DNA of 64,000 bases from an uncultured Gemmatimonadales bacterium (GCA_964196025.1 CAXMRT010000214.1:5233-69232); one strand, 5' to 3'. Shown: positions 29,193 through 39,876, counted from the stretch's first letter. A program made the numbers and translations. The notes: generated by a model from the letters alone, not told the origin.

Positions 29193-29792
29193 ATGGACAC
29201 CACTTTACACAGTTGCCACTGCTGCGGGCTCATTCAACACATGCCTTCCCCTATGGATGCGAGCATGAAGGCGTCCTGTCAACGCTGTCGCAGCCCTCTC
29301 GCGCACTCCAGCAATCGAAGTAATGCATGGACCGCAGCCCTCTCTCTCGCGGCTCTCTGCCTCTATCCCGCAGCGATGATGCTGCCGATGCTGCGCGTCG
29401 AACAGCTCGGTCACGCTCATGAAGACAGTCTCATCGCGGGCGTCATGACGATGCTGCACGGGGGATACTGGTTTGTCGGCATCATCGTTCTTCTCTTCTC
29501 AATCATTCTACCGCCCTTGAAACTAATCGCCCTCTGGCATCTGTCGCGCAGCCCCTCGGGCAGCGGCAGCCATCATCATGCAGGAGTGTATCGCGCAGTC
29601 GAACTTCTCGGAAAATGGAGCATGCTCGACGTCATGCTCGTCGCCCTCCTTGTCGCTTTTGTGAAATTGGGTGATCTCGTGGTCATCCACGCCGGTAACG
29701 GCCTGATCGCCTTCACGCTCATGGTTCTGCTCAGTCTCTGCGCAGGCCTATTCTTTAACCCCCACCATCTCTGGAAGGAGCATCGTACATGA
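29193..29792 (+). CDS. PqiA-like (paraquat-inducible protein A family) half-size membrane protein
   Basis: N-terminal Cys-rich zinc-ribbon-like segment (CHCCG…CQRC) followed by a PqiA-type TM pair. ATGA overlap with the next gene. Confidence 0.55.
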   Translation: MDTTLHSCHCCGLIQHMPSPMDASMKASCQRCRSPLAHSSNRSNAWTAALSLAALCLYPAAMMLPMLRVEQLGHAHEDSLIAGVMTMLHGGYWFVGIIVLLFSIILPPLKLIALWHLSRSPSGSGSHHHAGVYRAVELLGKWSMLDVMLVALLVAFVKLGDLVVIHAGNGLIAFTLMVLLSLCAGLFFNPHHLWKEHRT

Positions 29793-30679
29793 ACGCTGCC
29801 CATACACCCAACGCCGTTCTAAGCAAGCGAGAGAACCCTCCGCTCGCCATGCTTCTGCCCGTACTGGCCGCACTCTTTGTCGGCTGGCTCTTCTATTCGT
29901 ACAATGGCGACCAAGGCGTTCCCGTTACAATCGAGTTTGCCGAAGGACACGGCCTCAAGCCCGGTGACGCGCTCAAATACCGCGGTATCACCGTGGGTAC
30001 AGTCAGCGACGTCGTACTCGCTGCCACCCTCAACCGAGTGATCGTTCACGCACGCCTAGCATCGGAATCGATCAACATCGCGAAAGAGGGCAGTCGCTTT
30101 TGGATCGTTCGCGCTCAACTCGATTTGACCGGAACCAAAGGTCTCGAAACACTCGTCGGTGCCAACTACATCACGGTGATCCCGGGCGAAGGTCCAAACA
30201 AGCGTAGCTTCGTGGGAGTCGAAGAACCCCCTCTTCTTGATATTGTGGATCCCAAAGGACGACGTCTCGAACTGTCATCGCCAAATGCAAAAAGCATTAG
30301 CGAAGGCGCACCCATCACCTTTCGACAGGTTCAAGTCGGTGTGATTTTAAAAATCGGCTTAACCGATTCCGGTAGCCAAGCACGCCTGCAAGCTTACCTC
30401 TATCCAGATTACACCTACCTCGCTCGTGAGAAAACGGTCTTCTGGGCATCGGGCGGCGCAAGCGTGGAGGCCAATATCCTGACAGGTATCAGCGTGAACG
30501 TAGACTCAGTGGAAAGTTTGGTGCGCGGAGGCGTCAGTCTCGCACTGCCGCGAGTGCCCGGTCCCGAAACGGACGCTGACCACGTCTACACACTACACGA
30601 TGAGCCGAAAGACGTCTGGCTAGAATGGCTCGACTCAGAGTTTCCTGCAAAAGACATGGAAACACTCACATCGTTGTGA
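29789..30679 (+). CDS. MlaD/PqiB-family (MCE domain) protein
   Basis: N-terminal TM, then an MCE domain (VTIEFAEGHGLKPGDALKYRGITVGTVSDV). Paired with the PqiA-like gene. Confidence 0.65.
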   Translation: MNAAHTPNAVLSKRENPPLAMLLPVLAALFVGWLFYSYNGDQGVPVTIEFAEGHGLKPGDALKYRGITVGTVSDVVLAATLNRVIVHARLASESINIAKEGSRFWIVRAQLDLTGTKGLETLVGANYITVIPGEGPNKRSFVGVEEPPLLDIVDPKGRRLELSSPNAKSISEGAPITFRQVQVGVILKIGLTDSGSQARLQAYLYPDYTYLAREKTVFWASGGASVEANILTGISVNVDSVESLVRGGVSLALPRVPGPETDADHVYTLHDEPKDVWLEWLDSEFPAKDMETLTSL

Positions 30680-31067
30680 TGTTGATCTGACCCAAACCCA
30701 CCTCGGCGCAGGTATCCAAAACCCGCATCAGCTGACCGTGTCGGGATTGCCGATCGCAGGTCAACACAATGTGCTGGTCCGCATCCAGACTCGCCATCTT
30801 TCCAAGAAAGTGGTTGAGCTGCGCAAAACTACGATGGCGGTCATTCACAAAAATCCGGTCCCGGGAATCAATGAGGATCGTCAACGGCTCGACGACAATA
30901 TCAGGCGGCTCATCCGGCGGCATGGGGCGCATCGCATCCAAATGCCCGAGGATATCCATCGGCTGGATGGCAAAGATGAAAAAGATCAGCAGTTGAAACA
31001 CCACGTCGATCATGGGAGTCATCTCAATGCCGGGCGAGTCCTGTTCCCTACGGTTCTGTCGCTTCAT
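30666..31067 (-). CDS. exbD: ExbD/TolR-family biopolymer transport protein
   Basis: ExbD signature (EMTPMIDVVFQLLIFFIF). ATG 31067 is preceded by AGGAGGG; the ORF tool's longer GTG start at 31100 is less likely. No exbB or tonB in the window. Confidence 0.65.
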   Translation of the reverse strand: MKRQNRREQDSPGIEMTPMIDVVFQLLIFFIFAIQPMDILGHLDAMRPMPPDEPPDIVVEPLTILIDSRDRIFVNDRHRSFAQLNHFLGKMASLDADQHIVLTCDRQSRHGQLMRVLDTCAEVGLGQINITTM

Positions 31068-31133
31068 ACCCAACCCTCCTATGCAACTGAGACGTTGCAC
31101 AGAGGTCAGGTCTTAGAAAAACGTGTCGCCGCG

Positions 31134-33044
31134 TTAGGCGCGCGTCATTAAGTTGCTAACAAGACGGGTGAAGCCCAAAGGATCCTTAACCGCAGAGCCC
31201 TCAGTCAACAAAGCCTGACCATGCAACAGGCGAATGTAATCGCCCAAAAGCTCGTCGTCCTTGTTCGCATCGAAGAGCTCTTTCATCTTGGTCAAAACAG
31301 GATGTGACGGATTCAACTCAAGGATTCGCTTGTTGGCCAAGGTTTCCTGATTCATCGCCTTCATGATCCGCTCCATGTTCGCATTCATCCCCATCGGATC
31401 CGCCACTAAACAGCAGGCCGACTCGGTGAGGCGATTCGAGAGCTTCACTTCTTTGACGTCGTCTTTCAACGCTTCCTTAATATGCTCGAGCAAGTCCTTG
31501 TACTCTTTAGCCGACGCTTCGCGCTCTTCCGCTTTCTCTTCTTTTTCTTCGTCGGTATCGAGTTCCAGATCGCCACGGTCGGCCGCCACAAGCGGCTTCT
31601 CAGCAAACTGCGGCATGCTCTGAATGACCCACTCATCGATCGGGTCGACCATAAACAAGACTTCATAGTCCTTGCCCGCAAGCGCTTCGAGATGCGGCGA
31701 ACTCTTTGCCGCCGCCAAACTATCGGCCGCCATAAAGTAGATGTCGGTCTGCCCGTCCACCATGCGATCGACATAGTCCTGCATGCTGATCGGTGTTTCG
31801 CCATCGGTCTTGCTGGTGTGAAAGAGCAACAAGTTCTGAAGCTTCTCAGCATTTTCGAAATCGATATGCGCACCCTCTTTCAGCACCGCACCAAAATGCG
31901 TGTAGAAGGTCTGGTAGTCAGCAGCGTTCTGCTCTTTGAGATCCTTCAAGGTGCCCAACACCTTGCTCACAACGCTCTTCCGAATCACGCTGATGATATG
32001 ATCATCCTGCAACATCTCACGAGATACGTTGAGCGGAAGATCACTCGACTCCACGACACCCTTAACAAAGCGCAAGTAGTCCGGAATCAACTCTTTGCAG
32101 TCATCCGTAATAAACACACCGCGAACAAACAACTGCAAGCTCTTCACGGTATCGCGCATAAACAGGTCCATCGGGGCCTGACTAGGGATAAACATCAAGG
32201 CGCGGAACTCGGTTGCTCCCTCGGCCACATAATGGATGGTTTTGAGCGGATCCGTAAAGTCCTTCGCAATGTGCTGATAAAATTTGGTGTAGTCCTCATC
32301 CGTAATTTCGCTCTTCGGACGCTTCCACAATGCCTTCATGGAGTTCAAGGTTTCTTCTTCAATCGTCACCGTCGGCTCGCCACCCTCTTCTTCGGCTGGC
32401 TCGCTACGCTCGATATCCATGACAACCGGGTAAGAGATATAGTCAGAGTAGCTCTTGACTGTTTTACGAATTTCCCACTCTTCCAGAAACTCGTCCATGC
32501 CGTCGCGCAAGTGCAGCGTAACCTCTGTCCCCGGCTCATCTTTCTCGGCTTCCTCAAGCGTGTAGTCGCCCGCACCTTCCGACACCCAACGAATCGCGGT
32601 CTGTCCTTCGCCTGCACGCTTGGTCAACACAGACACTTTATCTGCCACCATGAACGACGCGTAGAATCCAACACCAAACTGCCCAATCATTTCGGCGTCG
32701 CCGCCACCCTCAGACTCTGCCATTGACGCCATAAACGACTTGGTGCCAGAACTGGCGATCGTACCAATGTTCGCCTCCACCTCGTCGGCGTTCATGCCAA
32801 TACCCGTATCAGAGATGACGATGGTCTTGGCCTCTTTGTCCGGCGTAATTTTGATTTTGTACTCGGGGTCGTCGGCAATGAGAGACGGGTCCGTCAAGGC
32901 TTCAAACTTTCGACGATCCATTGCGTCTGAAGAGTTCGACACCAACTCCCGCAAATAGATCTCTTTTTTCGAATACAAAGAGTGGATAACGAGATCGAGC
33001 AACTGTTGAACTTCGGTCTTAAATTTCTTCGTCTTTTTTGCCAT
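31134..33044 (-). CDS. htpG: Hsp90-family molecular chaperone HtpG
   Basis: N-terminal GHKL ATPase block (LRELVSNSSDAMDRRKFEALTD…), a middle domain and a C-terminal dimerisation domain. 636 aa. Confidence 0.9.
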   Translation of the reverse strand: MAKKTKKFKTEVQQLLDLVIHSLYSKKEIYLRELVSNSSDAMDRRKFEALTDPSLIADDPEYKIKITPDKEAKTIVISDTGIGMNADEVEANIGTIASSGTKSFMASMAESEGGGDAEMIGQFGVGFYASFMVADKVSVLTKRAGEGQTAIRWVSEGAGDYTLEEAEKDEPGTEVTLHLRDGMDEFLEEWEIRKTVKSYSDYISYPVVMDIERSEPAEEEGGEPTVTIEEETLNSMKALWKRPKSEITDEDYTKFYQHIAKDFTDPLKTIHYVAEGATEFRALMFIPSQAPMDLFMRDTVKSLQLFVRGVFITDDCKELIPDYLRFVKGVVESSDLPLNVSREMLQDDHIISVIRKSVVSKVLGTLKDLKEQNAADYQTFYTHFGAVLKEGAHIDFENAEKLQNLLLFHTSKTDGETPISMQDYVDRMVDGQTDIYFMAADSLAAAKSSPHLEALAGKDYEVLFMVDPIDEWVIQSMPQFAEKPLVAADRGDLELDTDEEKEEKAEEREASAKEYKDLLEHIKEALKDDVKEVKLSNRLTESACCLVADPMGMNANMERIMKAMNQETLANKRILELNPSHPVLTKMKELFDANKDDELLGDYIRLLHGQALLTEGSAVKDPLGFTRLVSNLMTRA

Positions 33045-33176
33045 AACAAGGTTCCTCTAACATCCTTAACTGTGTACCATCCAACGAAATAGGGCTGAAA
33101 CTAATACCCAAACTCGGCTCAGGGGTCAAGCCTTTGTAGCCGCAGCCCTCAAGAAGCATCACTGAGGAGCAACTGG

Positions 33177-33899
33177 ATGACAAAACTGCGGATAACACTG
33201 CTTATTCTGATTGGATCAATGATGACGACTCACGCGGCCCCACATACCACGCTATTCACCCCGAAAACCCACACCTCCAAGCTCGGTTCGCTCCCGTATC
33301 AAGTTATGGCTCCCGCTGACTACGTCAAAACGACCCGCTACCCACTCGTTATCTTCCTACACGGCGCAGGCGAACGCGGCTCGGAAAATACCCGTCAGCT
33401 CAAACACGGTTGCGCAGAATTCGCGACACCCCATAATCGCAACACCCATCCCGCTGTCGTGATCGCCCCGCAGTGCCCAAAAAATGAATGGTGGTCAGGG
33501 GATAACCTGAAGATGGTCTTCGAATTGATTGATACGGCGGAGAAAGAATATTCGATCGACAAAAAACGGATCTATATCACCGGACTTTCTATGGGTGGCT
33601 TCGGCACATGGAGCGCTCTCACCCACGACAGCAGTCGCTTCGCGGCCGCCATCCCTATCTGCGGCGGCGGCAATCCCGCTACGGCCAAGAAGATGACCCA
33701 GGTTCCCATCTGGGTCTTCCACGGCGATGCCGACACGACTGTAAAACCCGAAAAATCGAGAGCAATGGTCGAGGCTCTCAAGACGCTCAAGGGAATGGTT
33801 ACCTACACGGAATACCCCGGTGTGAAACACAATTCCTGGAGTCGGACCTACAAAGATCAAAAAGTCATCGACTGGCTATTCGAACAGAAAAAACGCTAA
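33177..33899 (+). CDS. Alpha/beta-hydrolase esterase (paralog of 5610-6443)
   Basis: Signal peptide, LVIFLHGAGERG, nucleophile elbow GLSMGG, and VFHGDADTTV. Same domain order as the 5.6-kb gene. Confidence 0.65.
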   Translation: MTKLRITLLILIGSMMTTHAAPHTTLFTPKTHTSKLGSLPYQVMAPADYVKTTRYPLVIFLHGAGERGSENTRQLKHGCAEFATPHNRNTHPAVVIAPQCPKNEWWSGDNLKMVFELIDTAEKEYSIDKKRIYITGLSMGGFGTWSALTHDSSRFAAAIPICGGGNPATAKKMTQVPIWVFHGDADTTVKPEKSRAMVEALKTLKGMVTYTEYPGVKHNSWSRTYKDQKVIDWLFEQKKR

Positions 33900-33903
33900 T
33901 CTG

Positions 33904-35157
33904 TTATTTCCCGACCGAAATCACAGACGTCCACGTGCGGAAGTAAAGTCGGCCACCCGCAACCGCCGGCGTGCAAAACGAACGGTCTCCCAAAGAGCTC
34001 CTCCCGACCAAGGTATAGCTGTCCGCCGCCTTGATGACACTGAGTTCGCCCGCCTCACTCAGAAGATACACGTTATCCCCCACAACAATGGGAGAGGCTG
34101 AAAAGTTTCCACCCACACGCTCTGTCCAAAGAACCTTTCCGCTGCCTGCATCTAGACACATCGCCAGACCCCCTTTGTCAGAAATCGTATACAAGCGACC
34201 CTTGTGAAACACGGGTGTGGGCACATAGGGCGCGGACCTATCAATGGTATACGCAAGGTGAGTGGTCGTCACATCACCCGATCCGCCAACCCGAACGCCA
34301 CATAACCGGTTGCCACCACCGCCCGACCCACTGGAGCCAATCATCAAGTCGCCCGCCAGTACTGGCGAGGACACGGCACGTTTATTCAAAACCTTGGCCT
34401 CCCATACCATCTTCCCCGTCGCGGCATCCAAGCCGTAGAGCCCGTGCATCAAACCCGTACTCAACAACACATTCTTCCCATCAATTTGTGTCAAACACGG
34501 AGTCGAATATGCCGCCTTTGGACCCGACTCCAACTGCGTACGCCAAACCGGTTCGCCATCGGACCGACGCAAGGCAACCACGACACTCTTCGCCTCAGGG
34601 CCCGCACCCTCTGTGGCTTGCTCGCTCTGCAAAATCACATGCTCACCGCTTATCATCGGCGAGGGTCCAAACCCATGACTGCTGTAGTACCGCCCGAGAT
34701 CTCTTCGCCAGACCTCCTTGCCCTCATGCGTCAAGCACACCATGAACACGCCCTCACTGCTCGCAAAGGCCACGAACAACTCGTTCTCTGCCAAGGCGGG
34801 CGTTGCGCATGCAAAGTTGTTCTTCTTGTGTACGCGATACGGTGTAGCAGCAAATGAGGTGTTCCACAGGATGTTGCCCGTGTCCGCATCAAGACAAATG
34901 ACGTGTCGGCTAGCTCCATCTTCCCCACCCGAGGTCACAAACACTTTTTTTCCCCAGAGCACGGGGTGCGAGTAGCCGCTCCCCGGAACGTCAACCTTCC
35001 AGTTGTAATCCGCATCCGTAAACGCTGTCGGCACACCCTTGGCATCAGACACGCCTTGCCCGTTAGGGCCCCTGAATCGCGCCCATTCCTGAGCATGGAG
35101 CGATCCACACACCGTCATCCAACACACGAGACCTAACCACACACCGTTTTTCGTCAT
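33904..35157 (-). CDS. PQQ-like beta-propeller repeat protein, secreted
   Basis: ATG 35157 gives MTKNGVWLGLVCWMTVCGSLHA as signal peptide, followed by WARFRGPNGQGV and repeated PQQ-like blades. Confidence 0.65.
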   Translation of the reverse strand: MTKNGVWLGLVCWMTVCGSLHAQEWARFRGPNGQGVSDAKGVPTAFTDADYNWKVDVPGSGYSHPVLWGKKVFVTSGGEDGASRHVICLDADTGNILWNTSFAATPYRVHKKNNFACATPALAENELFVAFASSEGVFMVCLTHEGKEVWRRDLGRYYSSHGFGPSPMISGEHVILQSEQATEGAGPEAKSVVVALRRSDGEPVWRTQLESGPKAAYSTPCLTQIDGKNVLLSTGLMHGLYGLDAATGKMVWEAKVLNKRAVSSPVLAGDLMIGSSGSGGGGNRLCGVRVGGSGDVTTTHLAYTIDRSAPYVPTPVFHKGRLYTISDKGGLAMCLDAGSGKVLWTERVGGNFSASPIVVGDNVYLLSEAGELSVIKAADSYTLVGRSSLGDRSFCTPAVAGGRLYFRTWTSVISVGK

Positions 35158-35170
35158 CCTCTCTACTCCC

Positions 35171-35908
35171 TCACACAACAAAACGCTGAACGAGGCTCGT
35201 CGCCAGACCAATCAATCCACCGAACACTCCACCCCATACCACCAACCAACCCAAATGCTTGCGGATCATTTCCTGAATGATCTCCTTGACCATTTGAGGC
35301 GTCAACTCATCCAAACGCGCGACCACAATCCCTTTTACTTTTTCGTGCAAAACGTCGGGATCCATAGCCGAGCTCATAGAAGACATCAGGGCCTCCCGAA
35401 ACGACACACTCGACGCAATGTCTCTGAACACTTTTTTCATCCGCTCTTCAAATGGCGCCTTCAAGGGCTCAAGCGCTGCATCCCCGCCGAACATGCCGAG
35501 CATGCCTCCGAACGACGACTCTTTGACCACCGCCACCAGCTGCGCAAAGATCGTGGAAAAGTCGATCCCCGCCGTCGCCTTCTCAACATCAACACCGGCT
35601 GCGTCAGGCGGCTCCTCAAAAAATCGCGAAATGTTTTCAGCCGTGAAAAACTGATCCATGATCAATCGCTCAATACCCAATTTAAAATCTTCGAAATGCA
35701 TAGGGATCACACCAGACCCCACCAAGCCCGGCACACGCTCAAACAACATATACACCGCGAGCCAATTCGTCACTGCACCCGATACCGCAAACATCCCCGT
35801 CATCAATACCGGCTCACGCCAAGGAGCAGGCACGCAAAAGCCCACTGCCACCACCGCAATCGAAACGCCATTCGTTATCACACTCTTGTTCACATTAAAC
35901 CTCTGCAA
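35171..35908 (-). CDS. DUF445-family membrane protein
   Basis: N- and C-terminal TM segments with a C-terminal GWLVVWGGVFGGLIG block characteristic of DUF445/YjiN-like proteins. Confidence 0.5.
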   Translation of the reverse strand: MQRFNVNKSVITNGVSIAVVAVGFCVPAPWREPVLMTGMFAVSGAVTNWLAVYMLFERVPGLVGSGVIPMHFEDFKLGIERLIMDQFFTAENISRFFEEPPDAAGVDVEKATAGIDFSTIFAQLVAVVKESSFGGMLGMFGGDAALEPLKAPFEERMKKVFRDIASSVSFREALMSSMSSAMDPDVLHEKVKGIVVARLDELTPQMVKEIIQEMIRKHLGWLVVWGGVFGGLIGLATSLVQRFVV

Positions 35909-36099
35909 TCATGCCTACACGCACGCTCTGCGCAACATCTATGCCCACGAGCTGCTCGACGAGCGCTAGGGCAAAGTCACTCTTTTTAAATCCATCATCT
36001 AGCGGAAGCAAGACCGGCTTCGTCATGCTCAAGCCACCACCCGTTTCACATCATCATTAAGCGGGAGAGTCTCCCAGAATACGTCGCTGGATACAAGGT

Positions 36100-37044
36100 T
36101 CAGCGGGACCGATTCGCCGTAGCCGGCGCCCCCTGATTCCTGCGAATTCCGATATGGGTCGCCACGGGCCGTTCACGCATCGGGATCCGCGTATGAAAAG
36201 GGGCGTTCATCACTCTCGCCTCTCCCCCGTCCGTCACCACCATCGTGCTCGATCCTCCCCCATCCATGTTCAAGGCACAGTCAATATCCATACCCGCGAG
36301 CAAATCCGCAAACCCGAACAGCGTCAACCCTTCGCTATAGCCCTTTTGCCGACCATCAACCACAACCAGATAAAGAGTCGTCCCCTTGGCGTCCAAGGCA
36401 ACCGCTGTCCGGGGCTGCCGCGCGCCGCCCGCTTTCGTGACCACAGCCTCACCATTCTCCACCAACATCGTCTGTCCAGAAAGCGCACAGCGCGCACCCG
36501 CGACAGGTCCGTCACGCCGAATCCACGCTCGTGACGCATCAACAGAAAATACCGGCCAAGGCACCGTGTTCGTGGCGTACAGCCGGCCCTCGGAAATGCC
36601 GATGCCAAAAATATCCACGGGGTCCCCCTCCTTCGGGTAATAATCCCACGGGCTTTCCGACCAAAACGGCTCAAAAAAACTTCCGTTAATCGCTGCCACC
36701 GCTCCGTAGCCACTCAGAAAGTCAGATGTCCGTAATCCAGCATGCGCTCGCGGGCTGAGTGGATCAGGCCGAGTAGTGATCACGCGGATAGCCGGATCCA
36801 TCAAATTAACCTGAACCACATGTATCATTACCGGCGTCGGCCCGAGCAGTGTGTAGCGCGCGTATGAGACCCCCTCGGCGATCACCCGCTCGGCAATGTC
36901 GCCGCTCGGACGCGCATTCAATCGGTCTTGCCACCACAGCCCACCCCCCATGCCAACGGCCAAACAGAGCATGAGCATTGAGATCAGAACGCGAGCGAGA
37001 ATCTGTTGTCCGCGTGTGCGCTGCCGCCTAAGCCGCTTACTCAC
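36100..37044 (-). CDS. Phosphodiester glycosidase-family (NAGPA-like, DUF2233) protein
   Basis: N-terminal TM anchor, plus LNMDGGGSST and AINGSFF blocks typical of the N-acetylglucosamine-1-phosphodiester glycosidase-like family. Confidence 0.6.
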   Translation of the reverse strand: MSKRLRRQRTRGQQILARVLISMLMLCLAVGMGGGLWWQDRLNARPSGDIAERVIAEGVSYARYTLLGPTPVMIHVVQVNLMDPAIRVITTRPDPLSPRAHAGLRTSDFLSGYGAVAAINGSFFEPFWSESPWDYYPKEGDPVDIFGIGISEGRLYATNTVPWPVFSVDASRAWIRRDGPVAGARCALSGQTMLVENGEAVVTKAGGARQPRTAVALDAKGTTLYLVVVDGRQKGYSEGLTLFGFADLLAGMDIDCALNMDGGGSSTMVVTDGGEARVMNAPFHTRIPMRERPVATHIGIRRNQGAPATANRSR

Positions 37045-37451
37045 ATCGTGCCAGCAGCCGGCAAGGTGAACGAATCCAAAAAGGTGTTCACCCGCTGGAT
37101 ATTCATCACCAAGACACCCACCTGAACCAATAGTGCGAGAACCACCAAACCCGCCCAGGCAAACGCAGCGCGGCGGACTGGGAGAGAGAATAGGTGCCGC
37201 AACAACAGGATATCCACCACCACAAAAACAACTGGAATCACAACCAGCCAGAGGCCTCCGGAAAAAGGATCCTCCATCACAGGGCCCTCAGCAGCTTTTC
37301 CCGCGTGTTCGGCTAGCAACGCCGCCATCTCCGCCGACAAGGTAGACAAACGACCGTAGAGCAAGACGACCCACGCGAGTAACGACACATGCAAGAGCCA
37401 CGAAACCCGAACCGCTTTCTTTGCCTTCGCCTCTGTACCGTCTCCACTCAT
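37041..37451 (-). CDS. Small hypothetical membrane protein
   Basis: 136-aa ORF with 3-4 hydrophobic helices. ATGA overlap with the downstream glycosidase gene. Confidence 0.35.
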   Translation of the reverse strand: MSGDGTEAKAKKAVRVSWLLHVSLLAWVVLLYGRLSTLSAEMAALLAEHAGKAAEGPVMEDPFSGGLWLVVIPVVFVVVDILLLRHLFSLPVRRAAFAWAGLVVLALLVQVGVLVMNIQRVNTFLDSFTLPAAGTM

Positions 37452-37606
37452 CCAGAAAACCTACCATGCAGCCTGCACGCACGCCAGCTACGAGTCGGAC
37501 AATCGACCCGCTCATTCACGAACCCGCACACCAGCCCACGTGCAATAATCTTGCGGTTTTTCCTGACCTTGGATACACCTTGATGCGCGGCACAACAGGG
37601 GATGAC

Positions 37607-38458
37607 ATGACACAAGTAGATCAATTCGAGAGCGTCTTCCGATCAGCAGTCGGAAACCCCTTTGTCTTCGACAGACCGGAGTATGCGTCCGTCCTCATCA
37701 TCGCAGATCTCGACGGTGACCCCGCATCCGCCTACGCAGCCAACGTCAAACGCTTCCTCGCCGTAATCGAGCCCGCCCAATGGTCCATCATCGAAGGCAA
37801 GGCCTTCTCAACAACCGAAGACCTCAGCGCTCTGGTATCCGAGCGTAAGCCCGACCTGATTGTCACCTACCGAAACCTACACTCCTCGGCATGGAAATCG
37901 GCCCACAGTCTCGGCACCCATGTCGATGTCCTGATTCAACAAAGCGAGGTTCCTGTTCTGCTCACTCCCAATCCGCGCGCGGACTACCAGAGCAGTCATG
38001 CGATGGAGGACACCAACTCCGTTACCGCGGTAACGGACCACCTCCTCAACGATCACCGCCTCGTGAACGCCGGCGCACGCTTTACCCAGAAGGATGGAAC
38101 GCTGCACCTCATGCACATTGAGGATGATGCCACCTACGACCGCTATATCGACGCCATCTCAAAAATACCGACCATCAACACCGATCAGGCCCGCAAGGTC
38201 ATTGGCGAACAACTTCTCAAGGAACCCGCACGTTACATTTCGGAGTGCACACGCGTCCTAAAAGAAGAAGGCCTCTCCATCTCCCTCACTTCATGCGTCG
38301 AGTTCGGTCACCTTCTCAAAGCGTTCGAAGCCCATATCTCGGACTACAAAACAGATCTCCTAGTCATGAACACAAAGGACGAGGATCAACTCGCCATGCA
38401 TGGACTCGCCTACCCCTTAGCGGTTGAGCTACGTCACATCGCGATCCTCATGCTCTGA
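37607..38458 (+). CDS. Universal stress protein family protein (tandem USP domains)
   Basis: The likely start ATG 37607 (MTQVD…) follows GGGGA; the longest ORF begins at 37421. Two USP-like halves (…DLIVTYRNLHS…VPVLL / …DLLVMNTKDED…). ATGA overlap with the transporter. Confidence 0.55.
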   Translation: MTQVDQFESVFRSAVGNPFVFDRPEYASVLIIADLDGDPASAYAANVKRFLAVIEPAQWSIIEGKAFSTTEDLSALVSERKPDLIVTYRNLHSSAWKSAHSLGTHVDVLIQQSEVPVLLTPNPRADYQSSHAMEDTNSVTAVTDHLLNDHRLVNAGARFTQKDGTLHLMHIEDDATYDRYIDAISKIPTINTDQARKVIGEQLLKEPARYISECTRVLKEEGLSISLTSCVEFGHLLKAFEAHISDYKTDLLVMNTKDEDQLAMHGLAYPLAVELRHIAILML

Positions 38459-39876
38459 TGGAACACAGCACCACAAACCAGCTGGCCGCGATCGCGGAGC
38501 ACGCAAGCCACGGCGGCCCCTCTATGGCTATTACAGGGGTCTTCACCGCTATCCTCGTGGCGATGATCCTTTGTCTCGCCCTCGAAGAAAAGATTCACGC
38601 CAAAAAGTCCCTCATCGTCGCCGTCTTCGCTTGCGGCTGCCTATTCCTTGGCACCATGCTGCATATCATCCCCTTCGGGCCCGTCATCCTGCCCGGCGGA
38701 CACTCCATTCATATGCCCGTCTACATCCCCGCCATCGACTGGGGTGTCATTGCCATCATTATCGGCTCCAGTCTCTTTGTGGATGTCACCTCGCGCTCTG
38801 GACTCTTTACATGGATCGCAATCAAACTAACCAAGGCATCCAATGGCGATCCGGTGAAACTTCTATGGTACTACGGCCTGATGACCGTCACCTTTTCGGC
38901 AGTGCTCAACAATGTCACCGCCATGATCATCGTCGGCTCGCTAACCGCTGTGTCGCTCGGCAAACTCGGCATTCGCGACAAACTACTCGGATTTCTAATG
39001 ATTGAAGCACTGCTGACGAATATCGGCGGACTGCTCACGCTCATCAGCTCGGTCCCTAACATCATTGTCGGCAACGCCGCCAACATCTCCTTCGTCACCT
39101 TTTTCATCAAGGCCAGCCCCTATGTCGCTGTCGCCACAGTCATCACACTCCTCATGGGCGCGAAGCTGTTTAAGATCACGGCGCTCGCCAGTGACGAAGC
39201 CCGTGCAGATGCGCAACGCCTGATCGCAAGCTTCGACGAGAACGATGGCATCAAGAGCAAAGGGTTTTTCTGGTTCTCCTGCATTGTCTTGGTGCTCTTC
39301 ATCCTCACCATCGCCACCACCTCCGTGCTACCAATTATTAGAGAACTCGAAATGGGCTTCGTCGCCCTCGCCTTCTCCGTCATTATGCTCACGCGCTATA
39401 AACACGAGGTCGACGAATTTTACCGAGGCATCGACTGGGACCTGATCATCTTTTTCATGTGCCTCTTTATCGTCATCAACGTCATGGAACACGCCGCCGT
39501 GCTCACCCTAATCGGCAAGGGCATCGCCATGATCATCGGGCCCGAAGAAAACGCTCTCGGTACCGGCGCCCTGCTTGTGTCCTCTGCGGGCTTCAGCTCC
39601 GTCACCGACAACATCCCCTTGGCCGCCATGCTATCGAAGATCCTCGTGACTCAGGGCACGCCTGAGAGCTCTCCCCTTTGGTGGTCCGTCGTCTTCGGCG
39701 CCAACCTAGGTGGCAACCTGACCCCCATCGGCTCGGCATCCACCCTCGTGGCCGTCACCATCATCCACAAAAACAAACTTTCCATGTCTTTCGGAAAATT
39801 CATCAAAATGGCCATCCCATTCACCGCCGTCCAAATCGTGATCGCGATCGCCTACGTCCTGCTCGTGCTCCGCTAA
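38458..39876 (+). CDS. ArsB/NhaD-superfamily ion transporter permease
   Basis: 472-aa polytopic membrane protein with an internal repeat architecture typical of NhaD/ArsB/SLC13-like permeases. Translationally coupled to the USP gene. Confidence 0.65.
   Translation: MEHSTTNQLAAIAEHASHGGPSMAITGVFTAILVAMILCLALEEKIHAKKSLIVAVFACGCLFLGTMLHIIPFGPVILPGGHSIHMPVYIPAIDWGVIAIIIGSSLFVDVTSRSGLFTWIAIKLTKASNGDPVKLLWYYGLMTVTFSAVLNNVTAMIIVGSLTAVSLGKLGIRDKLLGFLMIEALLTNIGGLLTLISSVPNIIVGNAANISFVTFFIKASPYVAVATVITLLMGAKLFKITALASDEARADAQRLIASFDENDGIKSKGFFWFSCIVLVLFILTIATTSVLPIIRELEMGFVALAFSVIMLTRYKHEVDEFYRGIDWDLIIFFMCLFIVINVMEHAAVLTLIGKGIAMIIGPEENALGTGALLVSSAGFSSVTDNIPLAAMLSKILVTQGTPESSPLWWSVVFGANLGGNLTPIGSASTLVAVTIIHKNKLSMSFGKFIKMAIPFTAVQIVIAIAYVLLVLR

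Noticed and set aside
31482-32726. 414-aa plus-strand ORF antisense to htpG
   Set aside because: It is entirely inside htpG on the opposite strand. Low-complexity, Leu/Arg-rich shadow ORF.
35255-35989. 244-aa plus-strand ORF antisense to the DUF445 gene
   Set aside because: His/Arg-rich low-complexity translation. The DUF445 frame has clear TM and signature blocks.
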